Assembly: GCA_002104905.1 (NCBI GenBank)
Contig: MCFE01000228.1
Span: 58,069-122,068 of the forward strand
Direction: 5' to 3'
Origin: Basidiobolus meristosporus CBS 931.73
Taxonomy: Eukaryota; Fungi; Basidiobolomycota
DNA length: 64,000 nucleotides
Positions 38,700 to 48,012 of the stretch are shown here, piece by piece. Below the pieces are notes generated by a model, which made no database searches, was not told the origin of the DNA, and worked only from the letters and a program-made list of their open reading frames with translations. Both the position numbers and the translations under genes were made by a program. Within the stretch, counting starts at the first letter, position 1. The number at the start of each line of letters is the position of its first letter.

Positions 38700-39657
38700 A
38701 CAAAGAGACAAATATGTTAGTTATTGGAGCAAGGATACAACAGACCCAGCAAGTCACCTTGGGGAGCATCAGTGCATATTGTGAAAAAGAAGGATGGAGC
38801 ACCTAGGATGTGCATTGACTGTGGAGCCCCCAACTCAGTTACTGTGAAGTATAAGTACCCCCTACCTGGAATTGATGAGCTTTTGGACCTACACAATGTA
38901 CCAGCTATATCCAGCATGATTAACTTCATGTCAGGATAAAACCGGATCAGGGAGGAACCAGAAGAAATCCCTAAGACAGCATTCAGGATTAGATATGGAT
39001 ATTACAGGTACTTAATCATGAGTTTTGGCCTACCTATTCCTGTGCAACATTCATGACCTTAGTGCAAACAGTCATCTAGGAGTACTGAGAGAGGCTTATG
39101 GTACTCTACCTACACAACATATTGATATACATCAAGACAGAAGAGGAACACTTGGTACACAATGAAAAGGTCTCAAAGTGGCTAAGAGAGAACAAGCTGA
39201 ATGGCAGGCAAGCATAGTGTGAGTTCATAAAGGAGCATGTTGAATGCCTGGGACACAAAGTGACTTGTGCAGCAGTAGTCTTAGACTGCAAGAAGGTTGA
39301 AGTCATCAAAAATCTGAAGCAGCATATAAGCACTGAGATCATTCCTTGGAATAGTTTCCTATTATTAGAGATTTGTCGAGTCCTTTGCACAAATTGCAGT
39401 CCCTTGAGCTGATATTCTCAAGAAGGACAACACCTTGAAGTGGGAGATAGCCTGTGAGACTGCATTTCAGATGCTCAAGAATGAACTGCTAAGCTGCCAA
39501 GCTTAAATATCTTGGACTTTAGAAGAGAGTTTACTCTGTGCACAAATGCTTCAGACTATGCAATCATTGGAGTACTGAGCCAAGAACAGGAGGGAAAGGA
39601 CTACTTGGTTGCTTTTGAGTCCAAGAAATCAGACTCAGCTGAACAAAATTACTGTGC
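38700..39657 (+). mobile_element. Decayed Ty3/gypsy RT and RNase H fragment
   Basis: [25 protein letters not shown]...[11 protein letters not shown]; YLHNIL (YxDD remnant); TNASDYAIIGVLSQ...VAFES RNase H. Confidence 0.88.
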
Positions 39658-39873
39658 CTGAAGAGTGGGTATAGAGGAGAAAGAAGTTATTAGAAGAGGG
39701 TATATACGTAAAAGAGTTAAGTGTGATATGAAATTATAAATTCGGGTTAAAACTAATATCAAATATAAATTTGGTTTTTAATTTTGGTTTTTAAAAAATA
39801 ATTATAATCTTTTAAATTCAAACTCAAGTCGACAACTTAAGATTAATATTTACGTAAATACAACTATTATAAA

Positions 39874-39925
39874 ATTACTGCCACAAATTATTGCCAGATA
39901 TTATTGCCAGATATTATTGCCACAA
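39874..39925. repeat. Four tandem copies of a 13-bp unit ATTA(C/T)TGCCA(CAA/GAT)
   Basis: attactgccacaa, attattgccagat, attattgccagat, attattgccacaa, directly 3' of the island ORF stop codon. Confidence 0.9.
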
Positions 39926-39926
39926 A

Positions 39927-41048
39927 TTATTTATTTGCGTTTGTGTTATATAACCACATCCTATAACTCTCTACCGTTTGTTTATTTGGTAAATACACTA
40001 TCTTGTCACCAGAACTTCTCCAAAACTTTTCTTTTAATCCTAACTGTTTCCTAATGTTATTCATGTAACTAAGATGTTCCTTAAGCGGATTCCCTGGCTG
40101 TTCATCCAATATTGGAACCTTCCACAATGGCCTCGAAAAACATCTCTGAAATGTATCATCATCCCATTGTACAGCAACACAAATACCATCCTTGTTCACA
40201 TATTGTGCCTTAACTCTCTTTGTTCCCAACTCTACAGGATGATCAAGATCTTGCAATAAAAAAGCATCCTTGCCTGGAACTATTGTCGGTTTTAACATTA
40301 AAGATATTTTTACGTCTATTAGCGATGAATACAACTCGTCATCATTTGTAAACATCGTTTTTCCTTTTGACGATATTACAGGCTCATATGTTATTTTTGT
40401 TTCGTGATACAACTTAGTCTGATTCCTAAATATTATTATACCACGATTAAACTTCTGTTTCCAGAGATACTTACCGTCATTGGGTACATAAATGTTATAT
40501 CCTTTGTTTTTCGTAACATCCACTAAAATAATATCTATACCAAACGTTTCCTCAAAATACCTATAATAGTACTTACCGTCCAAATTCTTTTCGGAATTAT
40601 TAAACGTCTCCACTACCATATCAAAAGGAATGTTACATGTTTCCTGCTTTGTTACCTCTAACCCTTCTGTACTTAAACTCTTTCTTATAACATCTATCTG
40701 TTTGTTGAAATTCTTAAACAAAGTCGGATTTAAAGCATACAATATAGCTGCCAAAAAAGACGATGGACCTTGGTTGACTCCAACTCTAAAATAAGTATTC
40801 TTGATACATAAGTTTCCTATTAATGCACTCGGTAAAGGTCCCATTTTTTCTTCCTCCAAATGTCTTAACGACCCAATTATTTTTGGTTTGTTCTCCCCCT
40901 TTGCTTTTTCTTCATTGTTTTGCCCAAAATAATATTTATAAGTTTCGCTACCAGGACGATTCATATGATCTGTTGTATAACAAGTTTCCAAATGCAAAAA
41001 TTTATCTCTATTAGATAACCTGTTTTTCTTCAAACCAACAAAAAATTT
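39927..41048 (-). CDS. 5'-truncated ORF (~373 codons) resembling the C-terminal part of the NCLDV early transcription factor large subunit (VETF-L)
   Basis: The track start is TTG and the frame is open back to 41048. Motifs: VGLKKNRLSNRDKFLHLETCY, YFRVGVNQGPSSFLAAIL, TKQET, NLDGKYYYRYFEETFGIDIILV, QYVNKDG. No introns; AT-rich codons. Identity is recalled from motifs, not searched. Confidence 0.65.
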   Translation of the reverse strand, partial: KFFVGLKKNRLSNRDKFLHLETCYTTDHMNRPGSETYKYYFGQNNEEKAKGENKPKIIGSLRHLEEEKMGPLPSALIGNLCIKNTYFRVGVNQGPSSFLAAILYALNPTLFKNFNKQIDVIRKSLSTEGLEVTKQETCNIPFDMVVETFNNSEKNLDGKYYYRYFEETFGIDIILVDVTKNKGYNIYVPNDGKYLWKQKFNRGIIIFRNQTKLYHETKITYEPVISSKGKTMFTNDDELYSSLIDVKISLMLKPTIVPGKDAFLLQDLDHPVELGTKRVKAQYVNKDGICVAVQWDDDTFQRCFSRPLWKVPILDEQPGNPLKEHLSYMNNIRKQLGLKEKFWRSSGDKIVYLPNKQTVESYRMWLYNTNANK

Positions 41049-41052
41049 CTAG

Positions 41053-41990
41053 TTTATCCACTAGTTGGTCAGTTGAAAAGAGACATTTTCTGATGATCTT
41101 GGAAGGTCCCATCTATTGTGGCTCAGACTTGTTCCAAGTGTTGTTTCTCAGCAATACAAAGTTCCCAACTGTCAATGCTTCTGGTGATATAGTCTTGACA
41201 TATCCCTGCTTTATCTTTTCTGCAATTTAAGATACCTTGGCCTGTGCCCTTTGACATCTTTACTCCAGCTGCTGGTGTCTGCTTAGCTGACTGAGCTCAT
41301 CTTCTAAGGCATCAGTAAGCTTTAGTTCTGTGAGATCTCCTGGAATCCTTGGTTCATATTCATTCACTAAGTAAAATGGCAATTATTGGGTGGTGTTATG
41401 TACTCTAACTCTGCTTGCAAAAAGTGCTTGCACTGTATACTCATCCCATCTACTGACAGCACCATTTGTATACTTGGTCAACACCTTTCCAAATAATCTA
41501 TTAAACTGCTTGGTGACACCATTGATTCTAGGGTGAAATGCCAAGGTCTTCAAGTGTCTGATGAGCTGCATTTCTAGGTAAGCTTCCAATGTATTTGCCA
41601 TAAAGTTTGCTCCTCTATCAGTTAAAATCTCTACAGGTCATCCAGACCTCATAAGGATCTCATGGTAGATGAAACTTGCAACTTCTTGTTCACTGGCTAC
41701 ATGTACTGCTTTAGCAACTGTCCATTGAGTGGTATGGTCAATTGCTACTTAGATCCAACAGCTGCACTTCCTGGTGGCTGGCAGTCTTCCAATAAAGTCA
41801 ATTCCCCATCTTTCAAATGGTCTTACAAGCCCCAAGGGAAAGAGCTCAGAATTTCTCTGTGGTTGGCCTTGGTGAATCTGGCAATTTGGGGATGTTTTGA
41901 CTAGCTTTCCAGTGTCTTGCTTTACTCTGGGCCACCATGCTCTGGCTTTCACAAGGCCATAGGTTCCTTCAATTTCAGGATGTCCACATC
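41053..41990 (-). mobile_element. Inverted decayed copy of the gypsy family C integrase region
   Basis: RPFERWGIDFIGRLP and HPRINGVTKQFN on minus; mirrors 42005-42945. Confidence 0.88.
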
Positions 41991-43450
41991 TAAGCTACAC
42001 AAGGGATATGGACATCTTGGGATTGAAGGAACCTATAGCCTTGTGAAAGCCAGAGCATGGTGGCCCAGAATGAAACAAGATATTGAGAAGCTAGTGAAAC
42101 ATGCCCAAACTGCCAAATTAATCAAGGCCAGCCACAAAGAATTGCCAAACTCTTCCCTTTGGAGCCTGTAAGACCATTTGAGAGATGGGGAGTTGACTTT
42201 ATTGGAAGACTGCCAACCACCAAGAAATGCAACCATTGGATCATAGTAGTAAATGACCATGCCACTAAATGGCCAGTTGCTAAAGCTGTACCAATAGCCA
42301 GTGAACAAGAAGTTGCAAGTTTCATTTACCATGAGATCCTGATGAAGTTTGGATGCCCTGTGGAGATGTTATCTGATAGAGGAGCAAACTTTATGGTAAA
42401 GACATTAGAGGCTTACCTGGAAATGCAGCAGATCAGACACTTGAAAACCTTGGCATATCACCCCAGAACTAATGGAGTCACTGAATGCTTTAATGGATTA
42501 TTTGGAAAAATGCTAACCAAGTATGCAAATGGAGCTGCCAGTAGATGGGATGAGTATATAGATCAAGCACTTTTTGCCTGCAGAGTCAGAGTGCACAACA
42601 CTACCGGACAATCACCATTTTACTTAGTGTATGGATGTGAACCAAGGATTCCAGGAGATCTCACACAACCCAAACTTACAGATGCCTTAGAAGATGAGCT
42701 TAGTCCGCCCAGTAGACACCAGCAATTGGAACCAAGATGACAAGAGGCACAGGCCAAAGTATCTCCAAGTGCAGAAAAGATGAAGCAGAGATTTGATAAG
42801 ACTATAGCACCAGAAGCATTGGCAGTGGGGAACTTTGTATTGCTAAGAAACAACACTTGGAAGAAGTTTGAGCCGCAATGGACAGGACCATTCAAGATCA
42901 TCAGAGAATATCCATTTGCAACTTACCAACTAGTGGATAAGCAAGGGAATATCCAGGAATATTTAGTTCATAGAGACAGGCTCAAGCTTGCAAGACTTGC
43001 TACCAAAACTGAACCATCAAGATATTGGTATCACAAGAAAAGAGATACAGGAGAACCCTCTCAACTTTAGTGGGGGAGAATGTTATGATCTGCCGCTTGA
43101 ATGTTTGAGTTAGATCAGTTTTTAGGCAAATCAATTAAGTTATATGTTTAGGTTATTAGTATGTCAGTATTATCTATCATATCAATAACATTAGTCAGCA
43201 AATGAATCAGCAGATCCTTATCAGACAGAAATAGATATATTAAGGAGGATCTTATTGGATGATGATGATGCAATCAAATCAGTCATCAGCCACAACCTAC
43301 ATTAGAAAACACAATTAGTCAGCAATTGATCTGGCAAAATGTATATGAGGAGCTGCTGGAACCTCAATAAAGATCAATTTAAGTTTTAGTGAATACAATA
43401 CTAGCTAAACTCCCTATTCCTCTACAGCTCTTATACCAAGACTTGTAACA
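41991..43450 (+). mobile_element. 3' end of gypsy family C: integrase, PPT and 3' LTR (43081-43450)
   Basis: GHLGIEGTY...WWP...RPFERWGVDFIG...SDRGANF...HPRTNGVTE...KFEPQWTGPF; PPT GTGGGGGAGAA before TGTTATG. Confidence 0.92.
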
Positions 43451-44126
43451 CTGCCAATTGAGCCCTTCAAGATACTGGATAAACTTGAAAAGAATTGGCA
43501 GGATATTAAACAGCATCCGCTACCCAGAAATATTCTTGCATGCTCCATTCAATACTGGTATGCATATGCTACAATACATATGCAAGGACTGGATGAACTA
43601 GATGTGTATTTATTCAAGTGGCCTTCTAAGCCCATTTCAACTAACCCTACAAAAGCTATTGTAATGATCCCATCAAAAGGCTATCACAGAGTTAAAGTCC
43701 CACAACTATGGGGTACTGATCCCTTCAGGACGCCATCCAGAGACCATGATAAAATAATTGCATCATAGATTTCACAAAAAACTTGGTCAAAAATTTTTGT
43801 CACAACAATGTACAAGTGGCTTTTGGTTGGTTCCCTGCCAATTTGCTAACCTTCTGATCCCAGACACTCTATCACCTCCTATATTTGCATGCATTGATTG
43901 GCCATTGCCACTTTTTCACACTCTATACTTCCTGACTCAACCATTTCTCTTGCTTTTCATGCGTATGAATAGATTTATTTCCATTGAAACTTCAATTGTA
44001 CCTCAAATGCCAATTTTAATGACCTATTCAAGTCTCTATACCCTACACTAACATTAAGCCCAACCCAACACTCAACAAGTCACTCCATTAAAATCCACCA
44101 CTTAATAAGTACTTCTGCTATTACGC

Positions 44127-47100
44127 TGTGGTAGGGTAAACATACCTCCCACAGACAAGTTTATTCATATAGTCATTATGATATACTTATCCATATTTTA
44201 TCTTATCAGTATTATCCCATTCTTCTTTTGCCCATATTATCAGTATTATCCCCATATGATGTTTACCCTGATTAGTTATTAGCATTAGTTATCCCAGATG
44301 TTATTCAGCTTTGTGATCAGTAGATGTATCTATATAAGGCAAGTACCCGCGTCAATACCCGTGACACATGACCTAGGTCTGTGTTACCATCTCTACCATT
44401 TCAATACCATATATGGTATTTCTATGTTGCACAGGTTTCAGACTACTGATTCCTGATTGGTTGAGAGTGCTGTGCCTTTTAGAACCTTCCAGGACATTCT
44501 TGGCATATTTTTAGCTCATAGTGATGTCATCAAGAATTCCACTGATACCTAGAATCTTCTAGAACCTTGTCATTAGTAATCACTTGGCAATCAGGAAAAG
44601 TATTTAAGGGAAAGCAATCCCTCATCAATAAATCATCCCTTCTATCAGTAACACTTCTACCTTATTGATTAGCAGCTGATCACTGCACCTGCCTTCAACA
44701 GTACATCTCAGACCTGCCATCAAGGAGCTTTTCAGGGTAGTGCACAAGACACACAGAGGCCTTTGGAGACACTTGGAGCACCTAGGAAGCTAGAGAAGCA
44801 GGAGCTTTTACCATAGTGACATATTGACAAAGACACCAGCAGTTTAGACACAGAGGTTATCGCACCCATCAGACACCTCACACACCTTGAGTTGTGTAGC
44901 TTCTCCCAGGAGTACCTCTACACCACCACATATTTGGCACCCAACGTGGGGGGTTTGACTGAACTGCCCCTAGAAGACTTAAGAAAGAACAAATTATCAA
45001 GACCATGGATCTACCTTTACCAGGAATGCAAGGAACCCCTTTCTTTGATGGAACCAAAGTTAAAGCTTTCATCAAGAGGTGGGAGCTTTTCTGCAGAGCC
45101 CACAAAATACCTGAGGCCATTATGGCTGAAGAGATGCCCCCCTACAGCACTGATGAGATCATGCTCTCTTTATATGAAAGAAATGATCTGCTGACAAATT
45201 GGACCCTCTTGAAGAGCTACTTGATTGATGAATATGGAGAGAGACAAGTTGACTACACACTTAAAGACTTGGAGAACTTTGCTTATAGCAAGTTTAAGCT
45301 GCTACCATTGAAAGAATACTTGAGTGGCCTTGAGCAAATTGGAGAGTCACTGAAAGCCCAAGGCATTATCACTGATCTGACTTTATCTGCCTATCTGCTC
45401 AGAGCACTACCAGAAGGCCTGGTGAGAAGGATTGAAAACAATCCTACTGTGAAAGCTATGAGTTCACTGCCTGCATTTCAGTTAGCCAAGCAGATTCTAC
45501 TTGCCCCTGAAGAAACCTCACCAATCAGAAAGCTTCTTTCAAGCCCAGAACAAATCCAAGATAGCCAAGACATACTTAATCCCAGCAATCAAAGCACTCA
45601 AATTCAGGAGCTGACACAGCAACTAGAAAAACTCTCTTTGCTACTTGCCAGCAAAGCATATGGTCAGAAGCCAGTAGAGAAAGAAGTCAAATATACATGC
45701 ATGTGGTGTGACTCTGCCAACCATTCCAAGAGAAATTGCCAAGAGCTTCAGTCATTACTATCCACAGGTGATGTCCTATATAGTCCTCAGGGATACATAG
45801 TCAGTAAGCATGGTGACAAATTATCCACAGCATTTGGACAAGGAGGAATGAGAGTTCACTACAAGCAAGTCACCTCTCATACAAGAAAGGTTCAACTCCA
45901 TGAAGAAGAAGATCCTGACTACTTTGATCCAGCTGAAGTTCTGAACTTTGACTATGAGGACCCCAGAGAGGCCCAAGATCATATAGCTTCAATTTATGCT
46001 TCAAAGAGACACCATCCTGAAAAAATGGCTAATCCAGGCCCAGCAACAAAAGTACCAAGATGTGAGCCAGAAGTTGTGATTGAGAAGAAAGCATCACCCC
46101 CATTAATTTTACAAGAGTCTGCCAAGGCCAACAACTACCACATGCAGCCTAGAGTCAAGCAAAAGGGTACCCCAGAGGCTCTGACAAGTCATATACTAGG
46201 AAGCAACATATCAATCAAGGTTGGAGAGCTACTCAGTGTATCACCATCTGTAAGAAAGACTATGGATGAGCATATCAGAATAAGAAAGCATCCAATTGAA
46301 GCAACTCAAGGCAACCAGGTCAGGACAGTTCAAGGAAGCCAAGATATCAGTAAGCTGCATCAAAGCCAGAAACACTACTACTCAGTGGCAACTGCAACAA
46401 CTACAGGAACTGTGCATAATCAAGAAATCCTATGTCATATAGACAGTGGATCTGAGATATGTGTGATGCCTTTGGAGGCTTGGAAACAACTACCATGCAA
46501 AGACCTATTGCCCATAGACACCAATATCAATTGGAGCATGAAGGATGCCAACTCAGGGCAATCAAAGCTTTTAGGAATTATTCACAGCTTCCCTCTCATC
46601 ATTGAAGGAATACCCCATGAGATCCCAGTATTCATTTGTGCAAAGGCTAACTTTGAATTACTTCTTGGAAGACCATGGGAAGTAAAAGCAAGAGCAACTG
46701 CAGTGAACTACCCAGATGGTTCAGCATGGTATACTATATACTCAGAGAGCCCAGGACTAACAGCAACCTTCTGTGGTGTGGACTCAAACAATATCCGATC
46801 AATGACATCATGTAGATTTCTATCTCAAGAAAGGACAGGTGGCTTCATTGAGGAAGACTGAGAGAGCACTTTGTTCTCCAAACTTACAGTGGTTAGCTAA
46901 AAAGTTCCCTGAAACTTTTTAGCTCAAGTGGGGGGTGGATGTGGTAGGGTAAACATACCTCCCACAGACAAGTTTATTCATATAGTCATTATGATATACT
47001 TATCCATATTTTATCTTATCAGTATTATCCCATTCTTCTTTTGCCCATATTATCAGTATTATCCCCATATGATGTTTACCCTGATTAGTTATTAGCATTA

Positions 47101-47743
47101 GTTATCCCAGATGTTATTCAGCTTTGTGATCAGTAGATGTATCTATATAAGGCAAGTACCCGCGTCAATACCCGTGACACATGACCTAGGTCTGTGTTAC
47201 CATCTCTACCATTTCAATACCATATATGGTATTTCTATGTTGCACAGGTTTCAGACTACTGATTCCTGATTGGTTGAGAGTGCTGTGCCTTTTAGAACCT
47301 TCCAGGACATTCTTGGCATATTTTTAGCTCATAGTGATGTCATCAAGAATTCCACTGATACCTAGAATCTTCTAGAACCTTGTCATTAGTAATCACTTGG
47401 CAATCAGGAAAAGTATTTAAGGGAAAGCAATCCCTCATCAATAAATCATCCCTTCTATCAGTAACACTTCTACCTTATTGATTAGCAGCTGATCACTGCA
47501 CCTGCCTTCAACAGTACATCTCAGACCTGCCATCAAGGAGCTTTTCAGGGTAGTGCACAAGACACACAGAGGCCTTTGGAGACACTTGGAGCACCTAGGA
47601 AGCTAGAGAAGCAGGAGCTTTTACCATAGTGACATATTGACAAAGACACCAGCAGTTTAGACACAGAGGTTATCGCACCCATCAGACACCTCACACACCT
47701 TGAGTTGTGTAGCTTCTCCCAGGAGTACCTCTACACCACCACA
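44127..47743 (+). mobile_element. Young non-autonomous gypsy-type LTR element encoding only Gag-protease, 3617 bp
   Basis: 804-bp LTRs at 44127-44930 and 46940-47743 with no difference seen; 4-bp TSD ACGC; PBS TGGCACCCAACGTGGGG at 44935-44951; PPT AAGTGGGGGGTGGA. Confidence 0.96.
45005..46861 (+). CDS. Intact 618-aa Gag-aspartic protease polyprotein
   Basis: TPFFDG-type gag N-terminus, CMWCDSANHSKRNC zinc knuckle (CX2CX4HX4C), IDSGSE protease active site with LLLGRPW; stop codon lies about 65 bp before the PPT. Confidence 0.93.
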   Translation: MDLPLPGMQGTPFFDGTKVKAFIKRWELFCRAHKIPEAIMAEEMPPYSTDEIMLSLYERNDLLTNWTLLKSYLIDEYGERQVDYTLKDLENFAYSKFKLLPLKEYLSGLEQIGESLKAQGIITDLTLSAYLLRALPEGLVRRIENNPTVKAMSSLPAFQLAKQILLAPEETSPIRKLLSSPEQIQDSQDILNPSNQSTQIQELTQQLEKLSLLLASKAYGQKPVEKEVKYTCMWCDSANHSKRNCQELQSLLSTGDVLYSPQGYIVSKHGDKLSTAFGQGGMRVHYKQVTSHTRKVQLHEEEDPDYFDPAEVLNFDYEDPREAQDHIASIYASKRHHPEKMANPGPATKVPRCEPEVVIEKKASPPLILQESAKANNYHMQPRVKQKGTPEALTSHILGSNISIKVGELLSVSPSVRKTMDEHIRIRKHPIEATQGNQVRTVQGSQDISKLHQSQKHYYSVATATTTGTVHNQEILCHIDSGSEICVMPLEAWKQLPCKDLLPIDTNINWSMKDANSGQSKLLGIIHSFPLIIEGIPHEIPVFICAKANFELLLGRPWEVKARATAVNYPDGSAWYTIYSESPGLTATFCGVDSNNIRSMTSCRFLSQERTGGFIEED

Positions 47744-48012
47744 ACGCTCTGATTCCACTGCTTGCGCAGGAACCCAACAGCTTTATACCACTGTTCATTC
47801 ACTAGTTCCCACACATCCTGGTCTTTGGCCAGTACTGCAAGGTCTGGCACCTCATATGCCAGTCTTTGCAACAAATCCTTGTACTACTCAACTACGTATT
47901 CTTGAGCACTGCTCTTGAAGAAGTGCTGCAACCTCTTGGTGTGCTTATTAATGCTCAAAAATTGCACTGAAGGCATTATGATAGCCATTCAAGCTCTTGA
48001 TGTTGTTGCCTT

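Noticed and set aside
39874-39925. Short repeat array as a CRISPR
   Set aside because: The units are directly tandem with no unique spacers, only 13 bp, no cas genes, eukaryotic context.
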